Program-made: the position numbers and the translations under genes
Notes under the pieces: generated by a model
The model's input: the letters and a program-made list of their open reading frames with translations, nothing else
Told to the model about the DNA's origin: nothing
Database searches by the model: none
In this document: piece after piece, positions 45,943-53,795 of the stretch
How positions within the stretch are numbered: position 1 is the stretch's first letter
Layout of the letters: each line of letters begins with the position of its first letter
Source: a virus
Taxonomy: Duplodnaviria; Caudoviricetes
IMG/VR virus record: IMGVR_UViG_3300031949_000051
Coordinates: 1 to 53,795 of that record
Reading direction: 5' to 3' (one strand)
Length of the DNA: 53,795 bases

Positions 45943-46194
45943 TCAGGAAGCCTCCTCCCCACTCCTCCCCGGCTTCACCTGCTCGCTGGCGAGGGCGCGA
46001 ATACGCTGACCAGCATTTCTAGCCTCGGGAGAATCCGGGTCATCGACGGGAAACAGGCGGAGGTCATCGCAATACTCGTCAGCAATAACAGCCGCCTCCT
46101 CCAGCCGCTTCTCCAGCTCCGAACAGTTCGGGCACCTCTCCGTCCGGCGCGTCTCCGGCTGCGGCTTCCCGTCAGGCTGGCGATCAGCGGGCAC
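45943..46194 (-). CDS. Hypothetical protein
   Basis: CPNC; LEEAA..AD...AG.RIRAL pattern. Confidence 0.55.
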   Translation of the reverse strand: MPADRQPDGKPQPETRRTERCPNCSELEKRLEEAAVIADEYCDDLRLFPVDDPDSPEARNAGQRIRALASEQVKPGRSGEEAS

Positions 46195-46375
46195 GCTCCC
46201 TCCCCTTCTCCTTGGTGCGGCGGTTCCACAGGGCAGCCACCTTGCTGCGGCTTAATCCCTCCAAACACCCAAAGCAACAATGAAGTTGCCACGCCTTCAC
46301 TCCACGGCTTGTTTCCACGAGCGTGACAGGCTGCCTCCCGCAGAACGGACACGGTTTAAGCTTCGCGGCGCTCAT
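46184..46375 (-). CDS. Lar-family restriction alleviation protein
   Basis: LKPCPFCG...C..C....A..WNRR. Confidence 0.8.
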   Translation of the reverse strand: MSAAKLKPCPFCGRQPVTLVETSRGVKAWQLHCCFGCLEGLSRSKVAALWNRRTKEKGRERAR

Positions 46376-46439
46376 CCCGTCACCGATCCGATCCAGCAGA
46401 GCCAAGAGTGCGTGTCCATCCACGCCGCCGCCAGCGTCA

Positions 46440-46880
46440 TCACCTCTCCCCGTCCAGCATCCGCTCAAACGCCTCGACGTTCCCTCGCGCATCCTCCACC
46501 GGGTTGTGCGTGTGCTTCGTCACCCGCAGCCGCTTCCACCTCTGTGTCTTCCGGAAGTCTCCGCGCAACCCGGCGTAGAAGTCGCCGATCCTCCTGCCGC
46601 TCCAGCCAAATGGGTTCCTGCCCAGCGTCCGCCAGAAGCCGTCGTTGATCCACTGCCAATCGAACGCCGGGTTGTCGCTGACGAACACGTAGGGGGGCGG
46701 CAGGGTGTGCAGCCACGCCTCGAACGCGGAGAACACATCCGATTCATGCGCCGCAGCATCGGCGCGCAGATCCCCGTAGAACTCCTCGCGCTGATCGTAG
46801 TCAACCGCTCCAAACTCCGTCAGCCTCCCCACAGCGGGGCACGCTCCGCTCGCTTCGCAATCAACGAATATCAGCGACAT
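46440..46880 (-). CDS. DEDDh 3'-5' exo(ribo)nuclease
   Basis: FVDCEASG, SDNPAFDW, HNPVEDA. Confidence 0.85.
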   Translation of the reverse strand: MSLIFVDCEASGACPAVGRLTEFGAVDYDQREEFYGDLRADAAAHESDVFSAFEAWLHTLPPPYVFVSDNPAFDWQWINDGFWRTLGRNPFGWSGRRIGDFYAGLRGDFRKTQRWKRLRVTKHTHNPVEDARGNVEAFERMLDGER

Positions 46881-46896
46881 CACACGCCTCATGGAT

Positions 46897-46929
46897 AAAA
46901 ACGCCCCGGTTTATCGCGCGCTCCGGGGC
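46897..46929 (-). terminator. Terminator-like hairpin at 3' end of RNA candidate
   Basis: GCCCCGG-13 nt-CCGGGGC followed by GTTTTT on - strand. Confidence 0.5.
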
Positions 46930-47298
46930 CACGGCGCATCCTGAGCGCAGTGGCGGGAAGGAGGTACCTCGCCTAGCGCAACGCGATCTCAAAGCCTGGT
47001 GCGCCTCGGCTGATCGCAGCCTCAGAGTCGCTCCGCCTGCCTGGGGGGCGTCGGAGTACCCCACGCAGAGCCACTGGCACGGCACCCGCACCGGGCTTTC
47101 AACGAGCCGCGGGAAAGCCACAGCTCGGTCTCGAAAAGTGCCCCATCCAGCAGGTGAGGTGCTGCGCCCGGGGGCGCCTGCTGGACGGGGGCTTTGTGAG
47201 CGCCGCCCCCGGGCTTCTCGTTGGCGCAACCAGCATTGCCGGAGACTCCCTACACCAGCGGCTCCTGCTGCTTTGCTGCGTTGCGCCCGTGGCTCACC
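46897..47298 (-). ncRNA. Candidate large structured ncRNA (about 400 nt)
   Basis: No credible ORF; multiple 7-14 bp stems, long-range end pairing, pseudoknot, several G-U pairs on the - strand. Confidence 0.55.
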
Positions 47299-47679
47299 CT
47301 ACTCGGTGCGCCACCATGTCTTGTTCACCTGGAGCAACCGCACCGCGGCTGGATTCGTGTCGCGCAGCAGACTGATCGCAACCTGCTCCGCGGTCCTGAG
47401 GCCATCCGGACGGCGTCTCCGTGCGGGGTAGGCTCCGTGGATCACGTAGTCCTCCCCCTTTTTCTCGCGCACGATCACCACTCCGTACGGCTTCCCCGGT
47501 GCCATCGCGATATACCCGGTGTGCGGGCTGCGCGGCTTGGCGGCGAGCTTGCGCAGCTTTGCTCCCACTGCTTCGAGCTTGGTGGCGATGTCGTTCAGCT
47601 CCGCCCCCGAGCCGTTCTTCATCGCGTGCTCCGCCGCCACCAACGTGCCCACGATGTCCATTCCCTTGTCGAGTTCCAT
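47299..47679 (-). CDS. Hypothetical protein
   Basis: GGGAGG RBS; 126 aa. Confidence 0.75.
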   Translation of the reverse strand: MELDKGMDIVGTLVAAEHAMKNGSGAELNDIATKLEAVGAKLRKLAAKPRSPHTGYIAMAPGKPYGVVIVREKKGEDYVIHGAYPARRRRPDGLRTAEQVAISLLRDTNPAAVRLLQVNKTWWRTE

Positions 47680-47694
47680 TGCATCCTCCCTTTG

Positions 47695-47738
47695 AACGGG
47701 GAGGAGAGGGGATGTTCAGTCCCCTCTCCCGCCTCCGT
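47695..47738 (-). promoter_or_regulatory. Strong intergenic hairpin (processing/stability)
   Basis: GGAGAGGGGA-CTGAACA-TCCCCTCTCC extended by AACGG/CCGTT; no U-run. Confidence 0.5.
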
Positions 47739-47957
47739 TTACGCCCGTGCCGCCAGCTTCGAGGTGCTCGGAACGAACACGCCGTTGCTGCGCAGGTCGA
47801 AGACAGCCTTGTGAACTGTCCACAACCGCACGCCGAACTCCCTGGCGACGACATTCTTCGCGCGCCCCTTCTGGAGCTGGCGCACGACCTCCTGCCGCGT
47901 TGCGTACGGCAACGCGCTGTACTCAACCAGCTTCTGCTTACCACACTCGATGCACAT
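47739..47957 (-). CDS. Small HTH protein
   Basis: GGGAGG upstream; KNVVAREFGVRLWTVHKAV. Confidence 0.6.
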   Translation of the reverse strand: MCIECGKQKLVEYSALPYATRQEVVRQLQKGRAKNVVAREFGVRLWTVHKAVFDLRSNGVFVPSTSKLAARA

Positions 47958-47977
47958 CTGTTACCCTCCCTCGGCGC

Positions 47978-48556
47978 TTAGCCGATCATCGGACTGCCCG
48001 AACGCTGCGACGGAATTGCCGCACCGGCCGCGCCGTCCTTCTTCTTGCCACTCTTGGGCGCCACACCTGCGGCGCGCTGCTTGTCTTCCTCGATGTACGC
48101 GAGCCACTCCGGCGTGACCGGGTGGAACTCGGCGAGGATGTTGCGATCACGGTACTCGCCCTTCCCCAGCTCGATGGCCACCCTGGCGACGAACTCCTTG
48201 CCTGTGGCGGTCTTGAGGTACGCCGTCCCGAGCTTCCTCTCCGGGTCGGTCGGCAGCGCCATTGCCTTCTCGTACAGCCCGCGGACGAACTTCACCATCC
48301 CGCCCGCCGTGTACAACCGCACGAAGCAATGCCGGGGCTTGCCGTCCTTGCCGAAGTATTCCGGCCGGCCGTTCTTGACGACGAGATCGTAGTCGCCGAA
48401 CGGGGTCTTCTTCTCCTTGCTGACTCCGGTGTCCACGTCTGCGCACACCAGATGCGCCCACCCCGGCGGCAGGGGCTCCCCGCCTGTCTGGAAGTATTCC
48501 TCGGGCTGCTGGTCATCCCAATCACCGATCACGGGCGGATTCAGGTACTCACTCAC
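47978..48556 (-). CDS. SSB-like protein (DUF669-like)
   Basis: EPLPPGW, beta-rich OB-like body, GEY.DRN.L; directly after Sak4-like ATPase. Confidence 0.6.
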   Translation of the reverse strand: MSEYLNPPVIGDWDDQQPEEYFQTGGEPLPPGWAHLVCADVDTGVSKEKKTPFGDYDLVVKNGRPEYFGKDGKPRHCFVRLYTAGGMVKFVRGLYEKAMALPTDPERKLGTAYLKTATGKEFVARVAIELGKGEYRDRNILAEFHPVTPEWLAYIEEDKQRAAGVAPKSGKKKDGAAGAAIPSQRSGSPMIG

Positions 48557-49386
48557 TTTGCTTCCTCCTTCGGCGCGAGCGCCGGCGAAATCTTACCAAA
48601 AAGATGCGGCCAGCCATCCCGCTTACCGGGAGCTGTTTCCGTGGGTTCAAATGGGGCGAGCTTGGTGCTGCTGTCCTTGCAGATCACCCCATCCCTGTTC
48701 GCTGTCTGAAACACCCGGACCGGGCCGCACCCCGCGTACTGCTTCAGCAGGCTCTTGCTGTCCGGGGCGAAGTCAGTCAGCTCGAATGAGCGGTCGGTGA
48801 GGAACAAGAGGAGGTCAACCTTGCGAGCGAGGTTGTCAGCAACGATGTTGCCGTACAAGTTGTACTTCCACCCGCCTCCGTCCCCGAGCGGCCGCCTCGA
48901 CATCGTGCAATTGATGATCTTGATCATCCCCCTGAGCGCCCGGACCCGCACAATGAGATCAAGCCCGTCAAGCCCGAACGTCTCGAAGCGGTCGAATGAT
49001 CCCGACTTCTCCCGGCTGGGGAACTTCTCGCGCACCTCGCGGTACTTCTTGTCGCTCCACTCGCTCAGTGCATCGAGCACAAGGTAGCGAGGCACCGGCT
49101 TGCCTTGCGCGATCTGCGCCTCAAGATAGCTGAGGCACTCGTCGATCTGCCTGGTGTGGGTGATCTCCCCTTCATCCCAGCGCAGGGGCGGAGGATCGTA
49201 GTCAGCGAGCGGAAGGAGCTTGTTCTCAACCGGGAGGATGAGCACCTCCTCCCGTCCGTAGGCGTCGATCAGCCCACGGACCAGTGTTGTCTTCCCCATC
49301 CCGCTCTCCGCGCCGAGGAACGCGAGGAGGCCGGTGTCGCCGACGCGGTACTGGGTGATCCTGGGATTACTGAGATCCAGCGGCAT
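48553..49386 (-). CDS. Sak4-like (AAA_24) ATPase
   Basis: GAESGMGKT, LVLDALS, VDLLLFL, CKD. Confidence 0.8.
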   Translation of the reverse strand: MPLDLSNPRITQYRVGDTGLLAFLGAESGMGKTTLVRGLIDAYGREEVLILPVENKLLPLADYDPPPLRWDEGEITHTRQIDECLSYLEAQIAQGKPVPRYLVLDALSEWSDKKYREVREKFPSREKSGSFDRFETFGLDGLDLIVRVRALRGMIKIINCTMSRRPLGDGGGWKYNLYGNIVADNLARKVDLLLFLTDRSFELTDFAPDSKSLLKQYAGCGPVRVFQTANRDGVICKDSSTKLAPFEPTETAPGKRDGWPHLFGKISPALAPKEEAK

Positions 49387-49639
49387 CCTGCTCCTCCCTG
49401 CTGCGCATATCCGTAGTCAACACCGCCAGCGTGCCTTCCGCATCGAACTTGCCGAGGAAATGGCACCCGGGAGTGAACACGAGCGTTTGGAACGCTCCGT
49501 TCCCCGACTCAACCGTGAGACCAAGGAGGGAGTAGCGCGGGTCGACCAGCAACACTGATCTCCCCCCGTTCACAACCTCTCCGTTCGGTCCCTTCAGCGT
49601 GAATGACTTGAGTACCAGCCGTTCGCCTTTCAGCACCAT
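49367..49639 (-). CDS. Hypothetical protein
   Basis: GGGAGG RBS; first gene after promoter. Confidence 0.65.
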   Translation of the reverse strand: MVLKGERLVLKSFTLKGPNGEVVNGGRSVLLVDPRYSLLGLTVESGNGAFQTLVFTPGCHFLGKFDAEGTLAVLTTDMRSREEQDAAGSQ

Positions 49640-49685
49640 TTCTCATCCTCCCGCGATCACTGTTCGTTCCTCCCATGCTCCCCGG

Positions 49686-49714
49686 AGTGTACGCCCCCCG
49701 CCCCCCGCCGTCAA
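49686..49714 (-). promoter_or_regulatory. Sigma70-type promoter of replication operon
   Basis: TTGACG-17 nt-TACACT on - strand. Confidence 0.75.
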
Positions 49715-49792
49715 GCACAATTCGCACGCCGGCAGAGTGGGGGGCGGCCCATGACAAGGTGACCATCAGTCGTCATTTACCCCCCTCCCCCT

Positions 49793-50023
49793 TCACGCCG
49801 CACGCGGACCCGGCCTCTCTGTCTCCGCCCTGATTCGCTCCCTGAGCGCGTCCCAGGGCACCAGGAGGGCGATCTCGCACGGGCCAAGGTTGTCCCCCAG
49901 CTCCTGAACGATCAGGCCCTCTGAGGCCGGCCAGACGATGTAGAGGGCATCTCCCTGAGTACACACGGCTACGCCTTCGAGGAGGGAGGGGGAGCCTGCT
50001 TCCGGGCTGGGTGGGTCGGGCAT
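49793..50023 (-). CDS. Hypothetical protein
   Basis: GAGGAG RBS. Confidence 0.55.
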   Translation of the reverse strand: MPDPPSPEAGSPSLLEGVAVCTQGDALYIVWPASEGLIVQELGDNLGPCEIALLVPWDALRERIRAETERPGPRAA

Positions 50024-50099
50024 CTGTTCGTCTCCTCACTCAATGGAACTGTAGGGGGGGTCGACGATACACCCCGTCGACCCGACCGGAAGTTCGTCA

Positions 50100-50190
50100 A
50101 ATTCATCCCTTCTATTATAGAGTAGTAACCTACTTAATTCCCGCCTTGGATTAATTATGGCGCCATAACCCCACCATAACGTGCTATAAT
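50100..50190. promoter_or_regulatory. AT-rich divergent control region
   Basis: + strand TGCTATAAT (50182-50190); - strand TATAAT (50119-50114); TTATGGCGCCATAA palindrome and CCATAAC direct repeats. Confidence 0.65.
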
Positions 50191-50209
50191 TCGGGGTTGG
50201 AGGCGTCAA

Positions 50210-50842
50210 ATGCCACGAGCAATTCTCAGGAAATCCGAGTGGATGGAGCTGATCCAAAAGACAGTCGACCGCAAGATGGAAGCAAGCGAGATGCGGCGCC
50301 TTCTCAGTAAAGCCTTGCTGCGGCGTGCTGAACTCACCATGCACGCCGCCTTGCGCGAGCTGAAGAAGGAGGGGGTGATTAAGATGTGGCCGCATGATGG
50401 AACCATCTACTACGCTCCCGGTAGGATGGCTGGAGAGGCCGCACCGCGGGAAGCCACAGCTGTCCACCCCGCCTCCACCATAGTCAAAGGCGGCATTTAC
50501 CCCCCCATAGCCAAGGTGGCACCCCCCATAGCTTCTGTGAATCAGTTCGCTCAATATACCCCTGCGTACTTCGCAGCGATGACCCACAAGCAACTCTGCG
50601 ACTTCAACGAAAACATCCTCCCCGAGGACAGCGCGGAAAGACGGGCGTACTACGACGCCTACCGCCAAATGGAGAGGGAGCGCCCCCGCAAGCCCCCCGA
50701 TCCTCAACAGGAAGCCTCGCAGGCCGCTGTGGAGCGAGAGCGTGCGAAGGTCGCCGCTGCCACCCTGCGCACCGAAGAGGAGACGACGAAGATGGTGGAC
50801 GATTTCCTGGCGCACACCCACGTGGTGGCAAAGGAGACGTAA
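50210..50842 (+). CDS. wHTH-like DNA-binding protein
   Basis: GGAGG RBS; MHAALRELKKEGVIK...GTIYY wing. Confidence 0.7.
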   Translation: MPRAILRKSEWMELIQKTVDRKMEASEMRRLLSKALLRRAELTMHAALRELKKEGVIKMWPHDGTIYYAPGRMAGEAAPREATAVHPASTIVKGGIYPPIAKVAPPIASVNQFAQYTPAYFAAMTHKQLCDFNENILPEDSAERRAYYDAYRQMERERPRKPPDPQQEASQAAVERERAKVAAATLRTEEETTKMVDDFLAHTHVVAKET

Positions 50843-50843
50843 C

Positions 50844-51080
50844 TCACCCTCCCACCCTCATCCGGTACCTCACCCCGTACCGCAGCCCCTCCGGCTCGGG
50901 CCATTGAAACCGCCCGATCCTCACCTCGGCCGCCCCGCGGGCTCGCATCATCGCCGCGAGCGCCAGGGCCTCGTCTATAGGTAGCGCCCCGCCCTCCACC
51001 CTCCATACGTATTCCTCCCTCCGGCGCTCTTTGGCCTCGCGCTGCGCCGTCGCTGCCTCAAATTCCTCACTCAGGGTCAT
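50844..51080 (-). CDS. Hypothetical protein
   Basis: GGAGG RBS before ATG 51080. Confidence 0.65.
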   Translation of the reverse strand: MTLSEEFEAATAQREAKERRREEYVWRVEGGALPIDEALALAAMMRARGAAEVRIGRFQWPEPEGLRYGVRYRMRVGG

Positions 51081-51328
51081 TTTGAACCTCCGCTGAAAAA
51101 TGGTCTGGTCCGGCGTCCCGGAGAAAAATACGCCTTGGCGGCACCCCGGCGCAAGGGCGACTCGGGCGGCGGGCGAGTGGGGAGCCGGCAAGGCAGCTTG
51201 CTCACAGCCGACGCCGCCCGACGCCGATCTGCCCGCCGGGCCACTGGAGGTTGCGGTGGGCTGCCCGGTGCGGCATGATTCGCCTCGCAACGCGGCACTC
51301 CCGCTGCGGCGCAAAGCGCGAGGTGAAT

Positions 51329-53113
51329 ATGCCAGAGAGAGATGATCCGTTACCACCGGATCACCCACCCGAGCAACCAAGTCAACCGCCTGAATCCACG
51401 CCCACGCCCGAGGCCACCGCATTCACACAGATGCTCCCCCCTGACATCCCGCGATTCAATCCTCGCGGCCAGCTTACCGCTGCGTGGACCGCGGTCGAAG
51501 CGGAGGAGGACGCACCCGAGGACGAGGATAGCGCCGACGAGGACGTGCCCGCGAATCTCCTCTCCTGCCACTGTGCGGAGTGTACAACCGAGTACAACAT
51601 TCGGGAAGGGACGGATCTTCGAGCGCCGTTTGCTCAATGCGCCTGCACTGAATGCGCCAACGCGGCCAATGCGGAGGGAGAGGCAGCGGCGGTGGCGGCC
51701 AATCTCCCTCCCGTCGACGCCTCTCCCGTTTCTTCTTCCCACGTGCGCTTCTACGAATCCTCCAGCAGAAACTGGGTGCGCCAGACGCTTCAACCGAACG
51801 GGATGTGGGAATCGGATCGCTACAACGACCCCACGTACCCCTCCACCGCTTTGCAGCTGCTTGTGGTGCAGGAACGTGGTCTCCGCTGGCACAGCCACAG
51901 GCGCAGGTGGGTTCCCGGTCCCATCGCGCCCGTGCAGGTCGTCGGCGGCTCATTCACCGCTCCCATCAACGCGTCTGCAATCGATCCTCCAATCGTACCA
52001 ATGGAGTTTATCGCCAACACCACGGAGCCAACACAGATGCCATCGACTGCAACGCCAGCACCGTCCACCCGCCCGCCCCGGCCGCCCGCAGAGCCGCTCG
52101 TTTACAACTTCATGTGCTCACACTGCGAGACTCGTTACGCATTCGACCCCGGGACGCACCCTGTCCCCGAGCGTGCCGGGATCACCGACATGATCCAAGC
52201 ATCCGCCCCGGGAAGCCGCCGACGCTTTGTGTGCAGACGCTGCTACCTCAATCGGCAGATTCAACTCTGCGAGAACTCCCGCGCCGGCCTCAACAGCAAC
52301 GCGTTGAGCTACCTTCCGTGCGCCCACTGCGGGTATCCAATCCTCCGCTACCCGGAGGCTGACTGGCTCGGCGCCAGACTTCGCCAGCGGCTTGCAACCC
52401 ACGACACTTCGTTCCCTGACGGCCCGGTACTCTATTGCGACGCCTGCGCACATCTGCCCAGCGTCCGTCAGCAAGCAGCACTCCGTCCGCAAAACAGCTC
52501 CCTTCCAGTGCCAAGGGCCAGCTATCTGTTGATCGCCCGGGCCAAGCGGCGCGGGACTCAAGGGATCGAAGTATTCATCAAGTCGCCACTGATTGAATAC
52601 TTCTGGCGGGATCTCTTGAAACTCCGCCCGGTGTCGGTTGCAGCCTACCCGGACAGTTTCACCGTCACCTCCCCGGAGTACACAAGCGTGGTGATCGGAG
52701 CGAATGGCTTGATACCCCGCTTGATGATCTACGCCTACCCGTCCGACACAAGCGTTGCCGGGTTGCAGCTTGCATCTGCGATCCCGCCAACCTTCAACCT
52801 GCGCCAGCTTCGCGGAGGAGGGGACACGTTCCTGCACGCAGTCGGAACAACGAGGGAGGCGACGGTAGGGGCGCTCCGCCTCAAGGGGCTTGAGAAGGGA
52901 GTGAGGATTCGCCTTCTCGACTGCACCAACCTGAGCGCGGTGGGAAAGTGGATCAAGGCGCTTGAATCCACAGCGGCGCTGCTCTACAACGAGTTCATCA
53001 ACAACGCAATCCTGCACAGCAAGCTGGAGATCCCGCAAGCGGATGCTCCGCCGCGGACGCGACGCAGGCGCAGAGCGAACGTGGAGAGCACAAGCGAGGT
53101 GACAAGTGCCTGA
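51329..53113 (+). CDS. Large Cys-rich hypothetical protein
   Basis: GAGGTG RBS; CHCAEC, CACTEC, CSHC, CRRC, CAHC, CDAC; overlaps amidoligase start. Confidence 0.75.
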   Translation: MPERDDPLPPDHPPEQPSQPPESTPTPEATAFTQMLPPDIPRFNPRGQLTAAWTAVEAEEDAPEDEDSADEDVPANLLSCHCAECTTEYNIREGTDLRAPFAQCACTECANAANAEGEAAAVAANLPPVDASPVSSSHVRFYESSSRNWVRQTLQPNGMWESDRYNDPTYPSTALQLLVVQERGLRWHSHRRRWVPGPIAPVQVVGGSFTAPINASAIDPPIVPMEFIANTTEPTQMPSTATPAPSTRPPRPPAEPLVYNFMCSHCETRYAFDPGTHPVPERAGITDMIQASAPGSRRRFVCRRCYLNRQIQLCENSRAGLNSNALSYLPCAHCGYPILRYPEADWLGARLRQRLATHDTSFPDGPVLYCDACAHLPSVRQQAALRPQNSSLPVPRASYLLIARAKRRGTQGIEVFIKSPLIEYFWRDLLKLRPVSVAAYPDSFTVTSPEYTSVVIGANGLIPRLMIYAYPSDTSVAGLQLASAIPPTFNLRQLRGGGDTFLHAVGTTREATVGALRLKGLEKGVRIRLLDCTNLSAVGKWIKALESTAALLYNEFINNAILHSKLEIPQADAPPRTRRRRRANVESTSEVTSA

Positions 53114-53795
53114 GAAGGTGGTAACCGTCGGCGTCGAACTTGAAGGCGCATGGCAGGTCGCGAAGTGGGTGAATCGAGGCTTCCTGCCCAACTTCCGCAG
53201 TGACTCAAGCGTGCATATCAGCAAGTCCACGCTGATCGTTGGCGAGGTGGCTTCTCCGCCCCTTCGCCCTCAGTACATCGCCAAGTGGATTGAGCGCTTC
53301 TACCCGGATGTGGTCGATAGCTCCTGCGGCTTCCACGTTCACGTCGCCTTCCGCAACCGGAATGTCTACGACCGCTTGGTAACGGTGAGCTACGCAAAGA
53401 AGCTCATCGAGCATCTCCACGCTTGGGGCAAGCGCGGCCGTATCAAGAACCCCGCGTTCTGGGCGCGCCTCCGCGGGGAGAACAACCACTGCAAGCGCAA
53501 ATTCGACCCGGTAGGCACGCTCGCACGCGACGGAGGGCTTGGCGACCGCTACACCGCCGTCAACTACTGCTTCGACGAGCACGGAACCATCGAATGCCGG
53601 GTGCTTCCGATGTTCAAGAACGCGAACGTGGCGTGCTCCGGGGTCAAGCAGATAATCGAGTTCACCAACAAGTTCCTCCTCACCACACGCTCGCAACACG
53701 CAATCAACAGCATCTCAACCGTCGTAGATCGCAAAGGGAGGAACATGACGAAAGCAATCGTGCAAGGGGCGGCCAACCGCGAGATCAGGAGTTAC
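53106..53795 (+). CDS. Putative amidoligase (COOH-NH2 ligase, Amidoligase_2-like), continues to 283
   Basis: Manual translation: GVELE, SDSS, EVASP, SCGFHVHV, RYTAVN, TIECR; not listed in the ORF track (frame runs off the end). Confidence 0.88.
   Translation, partial: MPEKVVTVGVELEGAWQVAKWVNRGFLPNFRSDSSVHISKSTLIVGEVASPPLRPQYIAKWIERFYPDVVDSSCGFHVHVAFRNRNVYDRLVTVSYAKKLIEHLHAWGKRGRIKNPAFWARLRGENNHCKRKFDPVGTLARDGGLGDRYTAVNYCFDEHGTIECRVLPMFKNANVACSGVKQIIEFTNKFLLTTRSQHAINSISTVVDRKGRNMTKAIVQGAANREIRSY
53648..53795. repeat. Terminal overlap, copy 2
   Basis: Identical to 1-148 except one base. Confidence 0.97.

Noticed and set aside
46897-47298. tmRNA, tRNA, RNase P or SRP RNA identity for the structured region
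   Set aside because: No T-loop GTTCRA or CCA end, no GAGGAAAGTCC, no SRP domain IV motif.
1-53795. Genome-wide TAG reassignment (alternative genetic code)
   Set aside because: Genes are long and intact in the standard code, and TAG is a clear stop at 4630 (before a terminator), 36507, 44199 and 47299; no suppressor tRNA seen.
1-53795. Lysogeny module (integrase, att site, repressor)
   Set aside because: No tyrosine or serine recombinase or ParA motifs recognised in any ORF.

Overview
The window is an apparently complete, circularly assembled, GC-rich tailed-phage genome. Bases 1-148 repeat at 53648-53795, giving a unit length of about 53,647 bp. The layout is podovirus-like. On the + strand, an early/accessory block (Cys-rich protein, amidoligase spanning the junction, class II glutamine amidotransferase, small Zn-ribbon ORFs) is followed by a repeat-rich non-coding stretch that may hold the physical ends or pac site. 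The packaging/virion module comes next: TerS, TerL, portal, scaffold, major capsid, tail/adaptor proteins, M15 endolysin, holin-like proteins and ejection proteins. The - strand carries a replication/recombination module: Sak4-like ATPase, SSB-like protein, DEDD exonuclease, Fic, Dam-like MTase, Cas4-like nuclease, UDG-fused family A DNA polymerase in two pieces, and an SF4/RepA helicase. I saw no integrase, primase, RNA polymerase, tRNA or CRISPR array. Most unusual: (1) a PolA gene broken by a 1.08-kb HNH-bearing cassette, whose second half has an in-frame TAG inside the conserved NxQ-x-x-P motif; (2) a roughly 400-nt highly structured intergenic RNA candidate with a long H-type pseudoknot and an anti-Shine-Dalgarno loop; (3) a GATC-rich palindromic element (GATCAGTAG/CTACTGATC) at three gene starts; (4) a bipartite late-promoter motif with a non-canonical -35 box, plus a stand-alone sigma-region-4 ORF; (5) several signal-peptide-bearing, Cys-paired proteins, including the large putative receptor-binding protein. 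All calls come from motifs recognised by eye; no database searches or folding programs were run.
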